A stretch of DNA of 64,000 bases from Candidatus Eiseniibacteriota bacterium (GTDB lineage: Bacteria; Eisenbacteria; RBG-16-71-46), in assembly GCA_963717935.1 (NCBI GenBank), contig CAVQXP010000001.1, positions 96,001 through 160,000 on the forward strand, in the 5' to 3' direction. Numbering within the stretch: position 1 is the stretch's first letter; every line of letters starts with the position of its first letter. The translations under genes and the position numbers were made by a program. Shown here in pieces: positions 8,739 through 18,015 of this stretch. The notes under the pieces are model-generated. The model was not told the DNA's origin, did not search any database, and worked only from the letters and a program-made list of their open reading frames with translations.

Positions 8739-9851
8739 CTACCAGGAGAACGACGCAGAGACCAGGTGCGTGAGATCCAGGTTCGTGTCGTCGGGGAACT
8801 GCTTGTCGTTCGCAGCGAAGAAGCGGTGCAACTGCGCGGCGTAGTCCACCCCCACCTGCTTGTAGCGCAGGCCGGCACCGAAAGCGAGGTCCTTGGCGTT
8901 CACGCCGGTGCGCAGGGCGAGCACGCTGTGGTACCAGTACTCGAGCCCCGTGCGCACGTCCCAGGTCTGCCCGCCCAGACTCAACTCCGCGTCGTAGGTG
9001 CGACGCTCGAAACCCCAGGCCAGGTCCACCGCCCAGGTGAGCGCGTGCCGGCTGGCGGGGTGGAACGTGAACGCAGCGCCCGTGTCGAGCGTCGGGGAGA
9101 TGAGTTCGCGCGTGCCGTTGCTCCAGGCGAGGTACGTGGTCGTCAGGTCGTGCATCACCGCACCCAGCGTCACCGCGTCGGACGGCATGTACATCACGCC
9201 GGCGTCGAGCCCCGCGCCGAACGACGTGACGTGCTCACCGGGCAGCGTGTCGGGGATGCTCTGGCGCACGAACTTGAGGCTCCCGCCGAAGGACCAGCGC
9301 TCGCCGCGCTGCCTTGCGTAGGAGAGCATGACCGCCAGGTCGCTGCTGCTGGCCATGTAGAGGTCTTCCGGCTTGAGCAGCAGCTTCTCGCCGCGTTCCC
9401 AGATGCCGTCGGCCTGTCCCGGATCGGGCGTGGTCGGATCGTTGTCGGGCCCGTAGTCGAGGAAGTCGATGCCCGGCCGCAACGCGCCGGGACGCGGCGT
9501 GATGGGGATGTCGTCCACCGCGAAGCGCACGATGCCCACGCCGAGGGCGGCGTTGCGCCCCTTCGGACCACCGAGCGGCCAGACCCCGCCCAGGTAGTCG
9601 TGATTGGCGAGGTTGCCGAACTTCTCCTGGTGCTGCGGGATCACTTCGCGATAGGGCAGGTAGACCAGCCCCGCGGGGTTCCAGTACGGCGCAGTCGCGT
9701 CGTCCGCCACGGCCGTGAACGCGCCACCCATGCCGAGTGCGCGGGCGCCGACCTGGATCTTGAGGAACTCGCCGGCGTATTTCGTGGCGCCGGCGGGCGC
9801 GGCCAGGACGAGGCTGCCGAGGAACACGGCAAGGACAGCGTGGATGCGCAT
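8739..9851 (-). CDS. PorV/PorQ (UPF0164)-family outer-membrane beta-barrel
   Basis: Signal peptide; family motif 'FLKIQVGARALGMGGAFTAVADDATAPYWNPAGL'; amphipathic strands; C-terminal aromatic residues (SFSW). Confidence 0.85.
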   Translation of the reverse strand: MRIHAVLAVFLGSLVLAAPAGATKYAGEFLKIQVGARALGMGGAFTAVADDATAPYWNPAGLVYLPYREVIPQHQEKFGNLANHDYLGGVWPLGGPKGRNAALGVGIVRFAVDDIPITPRPGALRPGIDFLDYGPDNDPTTPDPGQADGIWERGEKLLLKPEDLYMASSSDLAVMLSYARQRGERWSFGGSLKFVRQSIPDTLPGEHVTSFGAGLDAGVMYMPSDAVTLGAVMHDLTTTYLAWSNGTRELISPTLDTGAAFTFHPASRHALTWAVDLAWGFERRTYDAELSLGGQTWDVRTGLEYWYHSVLALRTGVNAKDLAFGAGLRYKQVGVDYAAQLHRFFAANDKQFPDDTNLDLTHLVSASFSW

Positions 9852-9912
9852 CGAACGGACCTCTGGGATGGATGGAACCGAACCGCGCCTGCGAGCCTAC
9901 GGGCGCGTTCGT

Positions 9913-10512
9913 TCAGATGTCAACCACCCGGGGGATGGAGCGCCACTGGGGCAGGCTCGCGGTTCCCAGCCCGCGCGCGATGCGCCAGCCATGGTGCAGC
10001 CGCACCAGCTCGTGACCGGTCTGGAAGCACTGTTCCTCGGTCGCGCCAAGCGGACGGAACCGGACTTCGTAGCTCACGTACAGCCGCCCGGCCGTGACCG
10101 GCAGCGAACGGAAATCCACGAGCCGGACCACGCGGGTGGGCGGCATGAACCACAGCATCCCCGGGAACGGCTGCCCCTCGGTGCCCTCGAGCACGCATTC
10201 ACCTGCGGTCACCGCATCTCCGTCGCGCAACGCCGACCAATAGGTGGCCAGCGTCGCACTCGGCGTGCTGAACCGTGCGTCCACCAGACAGCGTTCGCCC
10301 TGGCCGAGCAGCGTGAAGGCCGCGAGCCCGACCAGGGCGAGGTAGCGAGCACGCATGCGTCTGCGTGGAACAGAAGTTCCCCCGTCCCCCCATGAACGGT
10401 CGGTAGGACGTACCCCGGGATGGGTGACCGCTGTTCCAGAATGTTCAGCCTCCTCCTCCACACCCGGGAGCACGGAGGCGGGAAGGCGGGGTGGCACGCG
10501 GTCGAGTTGCAC
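9913..10512 (-). CDS. Hypothetical membrane-anchored or exported protein
   Basis: GTG 10512 with GGAGG upstream (alternative ATG 10356); hydrophobic 'YLALVGLAAFTLLG'; 'TPSATLATYWSAL...GWRI' resembles small NTF2-like exported domains. Confidence 0.6.
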   Translation of the reverse strand: MQLDRVPPRLPASVLPGVEEEAEHSGTAVTHPGVRPTDRSWGDGGTSVPRRRMRARYLALVGLAAFTLLGQGERCLVDARFSTPSATLATYWSALRDGDAVTAGECVLEGTEGQPFPGMLWFMPPTRVVRLVDFRSLPVTAGRLYVSYEVRFRPLGATEEQCFQTGHELVRLHHGWRIARGLGTASLPQWRSIPRVVDI

Positions 10513-10744
10513 GAAAGGCTCCTCCGGCCCTGGCGGGCCCGGGGTGGGGCAGGCGCTCCGTGCCAGAGTGCGCGGGCCGTCTTGGGCCGTGCTCTTCTAC
10601 AAGGAGGAGGAGCGCACGAAGCGTTCCCGGCAGGGAGCCAGGAGGAGGGTTCCGACGTGGCCCCTTGCGCGGGAGCGCACGCCAGGGCAAGCCCTTGGAC
10701 GGACTTGAGTTCAGCCGGCCCGGGAGCGCCGCCCGGACCCGGGA

Positions 10745-12427
10745 TCAGCGCGAGCCGGGACGCCCCGGGCGCCGCGCGGGACGCCCGCTTGCGCTCCCCC
10801 GCCCAAGACGCCGCGGCTTTTGACCCGGACCACGCGTCGTCGGACGGCCCGGACCACGCGTCGTAGGACGGCCTGGACCACGCCTCGCCGGACGGCCCGG
10901 ACCACGCGTCGCCGGACGGCCCGGACCACGCGGCGTCGGACGACCGGAATCGCGCGTCGTCGGACGACCTGGACCACGCGTCGTCGGACGACCCGGACCA
11001 CGCGTCGTCGGACGACCCGGACCACGCGTCGTCGGACGACCCGGACCACGCGTCGTCGGACGACCCGGACCACGCGTCGTAGGACGGCCTGGACCACGCG
11101 TCGCCGGACGACCTGGACCACGCGTCGCCGGACGGCCCGGACCACGCGTCGTCGGACGACCGGAATCGCGCGTCGCCGGACGGCCGGAATCGCGTGGCGT
11201 GAAGCGGGCCGCGCCACGCGGCGTGGGACGACCTGGCCCTCGCGAGGGCTGACCACCGGGCCCCCGCGACGCGGGTCGAGCACTTCCGGCAAGATCACGC
11301 CGGCCCGATGAACGTGAGACCGGGCGGGCCGGACCGCGTGGTTGAGCCCGGCCGGGACCGCGCGCAGCCGCGCGCCCGGAGCCCCGCGAGCCGAAGCGCT
11401 CGGGGCGAGGCTGCCGTTCCCGGCGAACCGGGCCGGGCCGCTCTTCGCGGCCCGCGGTCTGCCGCTCCCCGAGCGGACTCTTCGGTTCCGCGCGCATCGG
11501 GCGCTCGAGCCGCTCGCGCGACGGCACGCGACGCTCGCTGCGGCCCGGCTGCGGCGACGTCCTGCGGCCCGTCCGCTGCCCCTCCTCGCCCGGGCGCGGA
11601 ACCATGCCGCCCTCTGCCTCCATCTTCTCGAGCCGCCGCGCGAGCCGGTACGTGGCGTCGCTCCCGGAGCGCGGGCTGAGGTAGCCGGCCTGCCCGCGCT
11701 GCCGCGGGCGGGCGCAGGCCGCGCGCAGGCGGCGCACTTCCTCATCCGAGAGCTCGCGCCAGACGCCGCGCTGCACCGGGCCCAGCCGCAGCGGGCCGTA
11801 GGCCGAGCGGTGCAGCGCCCGCACCACGAGCCCGACCGCCTCGCACATCCGGCGGACCTGGCGGTAGCGGCCCTCGTGCAGCGCGACCTCGATCATCGCG
11901 TCGCCCGGCTCGTCGGCGAGCACGCGCACGCGCGCCGGGGCGCTGCGCACGCCGGGCTCGAACTCGACGCCTTCCTGCATGCGGCGGAGCGCCTCGGCCC
12001 CCGGCACGCGTTCGAGGCGCACGCGGTAGACCTTCATCACGCCATAGCGCGGGTGCATGAGTCTGTGCGCCAGCTCACCGTCATTCGTGAGGATGAGCAG
12101 CCCGCTGGTATCCGCGTCCAGACGCCCGACCGGGAACAGACGCGGCCCCGGCGGCAGGAATTCGCGGATCGTGCGCCGGCCCTCGGGATCGTCGAGCGTG
12201 GTGATCACGCCGACCGGCTTGTTGAGCACGTAGTGGCGCAGCGTGGCGGCACCCGCCAGCGGCTGGTTGCGGACCGTGATGCGATCGCGCTCCGGCTCGA
12301 TCTGCAGCCCGGGCTCGCGCACCACGCTGCCGTTCACGCGGACCGCACCCTCCTTGATGAGCTCGTCGCACTTGCGCCGGGCGCCCACGCCGCGCTGCGC
12401 GAGCAGCTTGTTGAGCCGGATGCTCAC
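10745..12427 (-). CDS. rluB: 23S rRNA pseudouridine synthase (RluB/RsuA family) with long Arg-rich tail
   Basis: GTG 12427 overlaps scpB stop; S4 'IRLNKLLAQRGVGARRKCDELI', 'LNKPVG', 'VGRLDADTSGLLILTNDG', 'EGRYRQVRRM'. Confidence 0.92.
   Translation of the reverse strand: MSIRLNKLLAQRGVGARRKCDELIKEGAVRVNGSVVREPGLQIEPERDRITVRNQPLAGAATLRHYVLNKPVGVITTLDDPEGRRTIREFLPPGPRLFPVGRLDADTSGLLILTNDGELAHRLMHPRYGVMKVYRVRLERVPGAEALRRMQEGVEFEPGVRSAPARVRVLADEPGDAMIEVALHEGRYRQVRRMCEAVGLVVRALHRSAYGPLRLGPVQRGVWRELSDEEVRRLRAACARPRQRGQAGYLSPRSGSDATYRLARRLEKMEAEGGMVPRPGEEGQRTGRRTSPQPGRSERRVPSRERLERPMRAEPKSPLGERQTAGREERPGPVRRERQPRPERFGSRGSGRAAARGPGRAQPRGPARPVSRSSGRRDLAGSARPASRGPGGQPSRGPGRPTPRGAARFTPRDSGRPATRDSGRPTTRGPGRPATRGPGRPATRGPGRPTTRGPGRPTTRGPGRPTTRGPGRPTTRGPGRPTTRGPGRPTTRDSGRPTPRGPGRPATRGPGRPARRGPGRPTTRGPGRPTTRGPGQKPRRLGRGSASGRPARRPGRPGSR
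10823..11194 (-). repeat. 24-bp tandem repeat, about 15.5 copies, encoding R(G/D)(P/S)GRP(T/A)T
   Basis: Unit gacccggaccacgcgtcgtcggac on + strand, head to tail without spacers. Confidence 0.95.
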
Positions 12428-13239
12428 TCCCGGTCCGTGAAGAGGCCCGGGCTCACGCCGGGCTCCTCCTCCGCCTCCGCGTCGTCTTCCCCCGGCGCCG
12501 CGAGATCGCTCAGCGCCGGCTCGTCGGCCGCCGCGAAGTCGGTCGCGACCTGCGTGGCCGACTGCGCCACCTCCGCCGCCCCGACCGGCACGATCTCGTG
12601 GCGCGTGACCAGCTCGGGGTGCGCCGCCTCGCTCGCAGCCAGTTCCGAGGCCACCTGCGAGACCACCTCGAGCTCCATCATGTCGAGTTGCTCCGGTTCG
12701 CGTGCGGCGACCAGCGCCCGCAACTCCTCGGGCCGCGGTAGCTCGGAGAGGTCCTTGAGGCCGAAGTACTCCAGGAACTCCTGCGTCGTGCCGTAGAGCA
12801 AAGGCCGGCCGACCACCTTCGAGCGCCCGCGGATGGTGACCAGGTTGCGCTCGAGCAACGTGGAGAGCACGGCGCTCGAGTCCACCCCGCGGATGGCCTC
12901 GACCTCGGACTTCGTGACGGGCTGCTTGTAGGCGATGATCGCCATGGTCTCGAGCGCCGCGCGCGAGAGGCGCATCTTGCGCTTGCCGCGCAGCATCCGC
13001 CCCACCCACTCGGCGTGCTCGGGGGTCGTCACCAGCATCCAGCCACCGGCGATCTCCCGCAGCTCGACGCCCGCGCCGCGCGCGGCGTACTCCTCGCCGA
13101 CGCGGTGCAGCGCTTCGCTGACCTCTTCGGGAGCGGCTTCGAGCGCTTCGCAGAGCAGGGTGAGGGTCAGCGGCTGGTCCGACGAGAACAGCAGCGCCTC
13201 AATCGCGGGCTGGAGCTTCACGGGCGGCATGGGCATCAC
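12424..13239 (-). CDS. scpB: SMC-Scp complex subunit ScpB
   Basis: 'IEALLF', 'LSRAALETMAIIAYKQPVTKSEVEAIRGV', 'GRPLLYGTT..FLEYFGL..LSELP'. Confidence 0.96.
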   Translation of the reverse strand: MMPMPPVKLQPAIEALLFSSDQPLTLTLLCEALEAAPEEVSEALHRVGEEYAARGAGVELREIAGGWMLVTTPEHAEWVGRMLRGKRKMRLSRAALETMAIIAYKQPVTKSEVEAIRGVDSSAVLSTLLERNLVTIRGRSKVVGRPLLYGTTQEFLEYFGLKDLSELPRPEELRALVAAREPEQLDMMELEVVSQVASELAASEAAHPELVTRHEIVPVGAAEVAQSATQVATDFAAADEPALSDLAAPGEDDAEAEEEPGVSPGLFTDRE

Positions 13240-14122
13240 TTCCTTCCGGTGGCCGGTAGACGATCTGGATCTCGCCGAATCCCACGGTCTGAACGACCGA
13301 GATCCGGCCGAGTTTGATGAGCTCGAGCAGGGCCATGAAGATGACGATCATCTCGATCCGCACCCGGCAGTCCACGAGCAGCGACTCGAAGGTCAGCGTG
13401 CCGTGCTCGGCGGCCAGGCTCGCGATCAACTGCATCTTCTCCTCGACATCATAGACCTCGCCCTGGACCTCGTAGACCGCCGGCTCGGGCAACCGGGACA
13501 TGACCCGGTTGAGGGCGTCGATCAGATCGAAGAGCGTGGCCGGGGCGAGCGGCAGCGGCCCCATCTCGTCGTCGCCCGGGACCATGCCGCGCTCGTGCAG
13601 CAGCCGGCGCTCGGCCTCGCGCTCCTTGAGGGTCCCCGCCGCCTCCTTGAACTGACGATACTCGATCAGCCGCTGGACCAGTTCCTCGCGCGGGTCGCCC
13701 TCGTCCTCGTCCTCGTCCCCCACCCCGGGCAGCGGCAGCAGCATCTTGGCCTTGATGCGCATGAGCGTGGCGGCCATCACCAGGAAGTCCCCCGCCACCT
13801 CGAGGTCGAGGATGCGCATCAGTTCGAGGTAGCCCAGGTACTGCTGGGTGATGTGCGCGATCGGGATGTCGTAGATGTCGATCTCGTCGCGCTTGATGAG
13901 GTGGAGCAGCAGGTCGAGCGGCCCTTCGAAGCGGGCGAGCTTGATGCTGACCGTCTGCCGGCCGCGCGCAGCCGCAGGATCGGCGCCCGCCTGCGGGCCG
14001 TCGGGTCCCGGTCCGGGCACGACCTCCGGGGGCCGCAGCACCGGGGCCGCGGCCGTCACCGGGTCCGCCTCACCGGCCCGCGTTTCCGGCGCGTCCGGTC
14101 CCCTGCGCGCGCGACGGCTCAC
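13199..14122 (-). CDS. scpA: Segregation and condensation protein ScpA
   Basis: 'FEGPLDLLLHLI...IDIYDIPI', 'FLVMAATLMRIKAKMLLP', 'FMALLEL'. GTG 14122 overlaps trpS stop (alternative GTG 14059). Confidence 0.95.
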   Translation of the reverse strand: MSRRARRGPDAPETRAGEADPVTAAAPVLRPPEVVPGPGPDGPQAGADPAAARGRQTVSIKLARFEGPLDLLLHLIKRDEIDIYDIPIAHITQQYLGYLELMRILDLEVAGDFLVMAATLMRIKAKMLLPLPGVGDEDEDEGDPREELVQRLIEYRQFKEAAGTLKEREAERRLLHERGMVPGDDEMGPLPLAPATLFDLIDALNRVMSRLPEPAVYEVQGEVYDVEEKMQLIASLAAEHGTLTFESLLVDCRVRIEMIVIFMALLELIKLGRISVVQTVGFGEIQIVYRPPEGSDAHAAREAPARD

Positions 14123-15198
14123 CGGCCCTCCAGCCACGGGACCTTGAGCCGCATCGCCTCGCGCACCTCGGCGAGCGTGGCCGCGGCCACCTCCCGCGCC
14201 CGGCGGTTGCCCTCGGCGACGATGTCGCGCACCCGGTCGGGGTCGGCGGCGTAGCGCTCGCGGCGCTCGCGGATCGGGGCCAGGGCGTCGCCGAGGCGCT
14301 GCGCCAGGTCCTTCTTGTCCGGCACGCAGGGCAGCGTCCCCGCGCGGCAGCGCGTCCCGATGTCGGCCGCGCCCTCCGGGTTGAACTTGCGGTGGTACTC
14401 GTACACGACGCAACCCGGGTGCACCGGGCGGCCCTCGGCGTCGAGTTCCGCGAGGTCGGCCTCGGGGCGCCCCGGGTCCGTCGCCCGGATCTTCTTCGGG
14501 TCCGTGTAGGCCAGCCTGACCTTGCGCGTGATCTCCTCGGGCGTGTCGGTGAGCAGGATCGTGTTCCCGACCGACTTGGCCATGCGGTTGCCGTCGAGGC
14601 CGCGCAGGCGCGCGAAGGCGGTGAGCGCCGCCTCGGGCTCCACGAACACCGGCGGGCGGTCCTGGCAGTAGAGGAAGTTGAAGCGCCGCGCCAGCTCGCG
14701 CGTCAGCTCGACGTGCGGCACCTGGTCCTCTCCCACCGGGACGTGCGTGGGCTTGTACAGGAGGATGTCCGCCGCCTGCAGCACCGAGTAGCCGAGGTGC
14801 CCGTAGGAGATGGTCTGCTCGTCGAGGTGCAGGTCGCGGATCTGCTCCTTCAGGGTCGGGATGCGCTCGAGCCGGGCCTTGCTCACCAGCATCGAGAGCA
14901 GCAGGTGCAGCTCGGCGTGCTCCTTCACCTCCGACTGGATGAAGATGACGCTCTTCTCCGGGTCGAGCCCCGCCCCCAGCCAGTCGAGCACCATGTCGTA
15001 GATGTCGTCCTGCAGGCGCGAGGTGTCCTCGTAGCCGGTCGTGAGCATGTGCCAGTCGGCCACCATGTGGTAGTTGCGCCAGCCCTCGTCCTGCAGGCGC
15101 ACCCAGTTCTCGAGCGCCCCGACGTAGTTGCCCAGGTGCATGCGCCCGGTGGGACGCATGCCGGAGAGGATGCGGCCCGTCTTCGCCACGGGGCCCAT
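14119..15198 (-). CDS. trpS: Tryptophan--tRNA ligase
   Basis: 'SGMRPTGRMHLGNY', 'LQAADIL', 'VPVGEDQ', KMSKS variant 'RMAKS'; ATG 15198 overlaps upstream stop. Confidence 0.96.
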   Translation of the reverse strand: MGPVAKTGRILSGMRPTGRMHLGNYVGALENWVRLQDEGWRNYHMVADWHMLTTGYEDTSRLQDDIYDMVLDWLGAGLDPEKSVIFIQSEVKEHAELHLLLSMLVSKARLERIPTLKEQIRDLHLDEQTISYGHLGYSVLQAADILLYKPTHVPVGEDQVPHVELTRELARRFNFLYCQDRPPVFVEPEAALTAFARLRGLDGNRMAKSVGNTILLTDTPEEITRKVRLAYTDPKKIRATDPGRPEADLAELDAEGRPVHPGCVVYEYHRKFNPEGAADIGTRCRAGTLPCVPDKKDLAQRLGDALAPIRERRERYAADPDRVRDIVAEGNRRAREVAAATLAEVREAMRLKVPWLEGR

Positions 15199-15872
15199 CA
15201 CACCACCCCCGCGGCCGGCAGCCCGAAGAGCCCGAGGCAGGCGCTCACCGCGAATCGCAGCGGCGCGTAGAACAGCAGGTTCGAGGTGTACCGTGACGAG
15301 AACAGGAACATGACGATCACGAGCCCCACGAAGCGGAAGCGGTTCAGCGCGAGGACGTGCCTGAGCCGGAGGAAGCGCATCAGCACCCACGAGCCGTCGA
15401 GCGGCGGGATCGGGATCAGGTTGAAGAGCCCGAGCGCGCAGTTCCACACCACACCCGCGAGCGCCATCTCACGCAGCGGGGCGAAGAACGCCGCCCACGA
15501 GCCAACCGCACCCGCATCGGGGGCGAGACGCGCGAGCGCCGCGAAGGCCAGCGCCATGAGCCCGTTCGAGGCCGGCCCCGCCAGCGCCACCTTGACCGCA
15601 TCGTTGCGCGGGTCGCGCAACCGGCCGTGGTCCACCGGCACCGGCTTGGCCCAGCCGAACAGGAACGGCGCACGGAACAGGAAGAGCAGCACCGGCAGGA
15701 CGATCGAGCCCATCAGATCCACGTGCGGCAGCGGGTTCAGCGTGAGCCGCCCATGCTCGCGCGCCGTCGCGTCGCCGCACCACAGGGCCACCAGCCCGTG
15801 GGCGGTCTCGTGCACGATGACGCTCAGCACGAAGACGGGCAGGATCAGGAAGATGGACGGGTCGAAGTGCAC
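15198..15872 (-). CDS. Site-2 protease family (M50) membrane metalloprotease
   Basis: HETAH, 'GRLTLNPLPH', 'FGWAKPVP', 'FNLIPIPPLDG'; GTG start at 15872. Confidence 0.93.
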   Translation of the reverse strand: MHFDPSIFLILPVFVLSVIVHETAHGLVALWCGDATAREHGRLTLNPLPHVDLMGSIVLPVLLFLFRAPFLFGWAKPVPVDHGRLRDPRNDAVKVALAGPASNGLMALAFAALARLAPDAGAVGSWAAFFAPLREMALAGVVWNCALGLFNLIPIPPLDGSWVLMRFLRLRHVLALNRFRFVGLVIVMFLFSSRYTSNLLFYAPLRFAVSACLGLFGLPAAGVV

Positions 15873-15912
15873 GGGACGGGCTCCGGACCTGGGGATTCGA
15901 GAAGGCCGGGCC

Positions 15913-15941
15913 AGACTATCGGGATTGCCCCGTGGAATCAA
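15913..15941 (-). promoter_or_regulatory. sigma70-type promoter for S2P-trpS-scpA-scpB-rluB operon
   Basis: Minus strand TTGATT-N17-TAGTCT. Confidence 0.6.
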
Positions 15942-16019
15942 GGCCGCCGAGGTTCAAGTAGTGCATGAAGTGCGGGGCCGGGGACCGCCATGGCCCTGCG
16001 CCCGGCCGCCCCTGCCGCC

Positions 16020-17804
16020 CTACTCGGACCTCACCTTGACCACGACCAGCGTCAGGTCGTCGTTCATGCCGTGCTCGCCCGCGTAGGCCGTGACCTCGTC
16101 CACCACGCCCTTGAGGATCTCGTGGGCCGAGCCATCCGCGACCCGCTTGAGGCACTGCTCCAGCCGGCGCGTGCCGTACTGCTCGCCCGTGGGCGACTCC
16201 GCCTCGGAGACCCCGTCCGTATAGAGCAGCAGCACGTCGCCCGGCTGCAGCGCCAGCGGGCGCTCCTCGTAGCGGGCGTCGGGCAGCACGCCCAGGGCCA
16301 CGCCCCCTTCGAGCAGGTACTGCACGCGGCCGTCCGCGCGCAGCAGCAGCGGCGGGTTGTGGCCCGCGTTGGAGAAGCTCAGCGAGCGGTTCTTCCAGTC
16401 CAGCACGCCGTAGAACAGCGTGACGAACCGGTCGCGTTCGGTGCTCTCGTAGAGCAGCGAGTTCACCTTGCGCATCACCGCCCGCATGGTGAACTCGTTG
16501 CGGATCTCGGCCAGCAGGCTCATGCGGAAGCCCGCCATGATCAGGGCCGCCGGGATGCCCTTGCCCGACACGTCGGCGATGGCGATGCCGAGCCGCGTGT
16601 CCGAGACGCGGATGAAGTCGAAGTAGTCGCCGCCCACCTCGTCGTGCGGCTGGGTGGCGCCCGCCAGGTCGAACCCCGGCACCTCCGGCGCGCGCTTGGG
16701 CAGGAACGAGGCCTGGATCTCGCGCGCGATCGCCAGCTCCTTCTCGAGCCGGCGGCGGTCGAGCAGTTCGCGCGTCAGGCGCGTGCGCTCGATGGACACC
16801 GCCGCCTGCGCGGCGAACACCGCGAGCATCTCGAGGTGCCCCCCGTGGTAGGCGTCCTCGCGGTCGGATTCGAGGTTGAACACGCCGATGGTGCGCCCCT
16901 CGAGCACCAGCGGCGCCGCCAACTCGGAGCGCGTCGAGGCGCGGGCGCTGACGTAGCGCCGGTCGCGGCGCACGTCGGGCACGATCACCGCCTCGCCGGT
17001 CTTCGCCACCCAGCCCACGATCCCCTCACCCACCGAGAGCCGGAAGGCCTCGTCCGAGCCCTCCGGGTAGCCCGCGTCGCGCACCAACTCGAGCCGCTGG
17101 CTCGAGCGGCTCACCAGGTAGATCGCCGCCGCGTCGTAGCGCACGACCTGGCGCAGCGAACGGAAGATGGCCTCGAGGACCTCGTCCAGGTCGAGCGGCG
17201 CCGAGAGCGTCCTGGAGATCTCGAGCAGGACCTCCTTCTCGAGCGAGCGCCGCTCCGTCTCCTCGTACAGCAGCGCGTTGTCGAGCGCGAAGGCCACGTG
17301 CTCGGCAGCCACGTCGAGGTGGTCGAAGTCCGCGTCGGTGAACGTGCCGTCCTGGCGGTCCAGGCACTCGATCGCGCCGAAGACCTCGCCGCGCCGGAAG
17401 AGCGGGATGACGAGCGCCGATTCGAAGGCCCCGACCACGCCCGCCAGGTCCGCGGGCGGCGGCTCCCCCGGCCCGAGCCGCAGCGAGCGCTCCTGGGCGA
17501 TCGCCCAGCCCGCCAGCCCCTCACCACGCGCCAGCCGCAGCTCCCCCGAGATCCCCCCGTGCTCCTCGTCGAAGACGCGGGCCACCAGCCGCTGGCCGGC
17601 GCGTCGCGCCACCCAGATCCGCACCAGCCGGCATTCCACCAGGCGGCGCACGTGGCGGCTCGCCGCGCGCAGCAGGTCGTTCAGGTTCGCATCGGACTGG
17701 AAGGAATCGCCGGCCGGCGTGCCGAGCACCGAGAGCGAGCGCAACGCCGCTTCGTGCTGGCTCTCGTCGGGCTCGACCGGGTCGCTGCGAGGGGCGTCGG
17801 ACAT
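16020..17804 (-). CDS. GAF-GAF-PP2C (SpoIIE/RsbU-type) serine phosphatase
   Basis: Two GAF domains ('GEGLAGW', 'GEGIVGWV'); PP2C motifs 'GGDYFD', 'ADVSGKG', 'NAGH', 'YTDGV', 'DDLT'. Confidence 0.92.
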   Translation of the reverse strand: MSDAPRSDPVEPDESQHEAALRSLSVLGTPAGDSFQSDANLNDLLRAASRHVRRLVECRLVRIWVARRAGQRLVARVFDEEHGGISGELRLARGEGLAGWAIAQERSLRLGPGEPPPADLAGVVGAFESALVIPLFRRGEVFGAIECLDRQDGTFTDADFDHLDVAAEHVAFALDNALLYEETERRSLEKEVLLEISRTLSAPLDLDEVLEAIFRSLRQVVRYDAAAIYLVSRSSQRLELVRDAGYPEGSDEAFRLSVGEGIVGWVAKTGEAVIVPDVRRDRRYVSARASTRSELAAPLVLEGRTIGVFNLESDREDAYHGGHLEMLAVFAAQAAVSIERTRLTRELLDRRRLEKELAIAREIQASFLPKRAPEVPGFDLAGATQPHDEVGGDYFDFIRVSDTRLGIAIADVSGKGIPAALIMAGFRMSLLAEIRNEFTMRAVMRKVNSLLYESTERDRFVTLFYGVLDWKNRSLSFSNAGHNPPLLLRADGRVQYLLEGGVALGVLPDARYEERPLALQPGDVLLLYTDGVSEAESPTGEQYGTRRLEQCLKRVADGSAHEILKGVVDEVTAYAGEHGMNDDLTLVVVKVRSE

Positions 17805-17914
17805 GGACGATGGACGGTAGCACGCGCCTCCGTGGGTCACAACACCCGCCGGAGCGGCGGGCCGCGACGCCGGGACGCGCGCTGCGCCGGTCGCGCACGC
17901 CCACGGCGCTCCTC

Positions 17915-17944
17915 TTGAACCCGGCTCCGAGCCCGGGCTAGATT
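17915..17944 (+). promoter_or_regulatory. sigma70-type promoter for cstA
   Basis: TTGAAC-N18-TAGATT. Confidence 0.5.
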
Positions 17945-18015
17945 CGCCGACGGCCCCCGCCGCTCGAGGGCTCGTCTCACCGCCGCCGGTCTCCCGACCT
18001 TTCGCAGGAGGTCTC

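Noticed and set aside
10823..11194. 24-bp repeat array as a CRISPR array
   Set aside because: Units are contiguous without unique spacers, lie in frame inside rluB, and no cas genes are present.
13199..13239. 41-nt scpA/scpB overlap as a frameshift
   Set aside because: Both proteins have complete conserved domains; overlap between these two genes is unremarkable.
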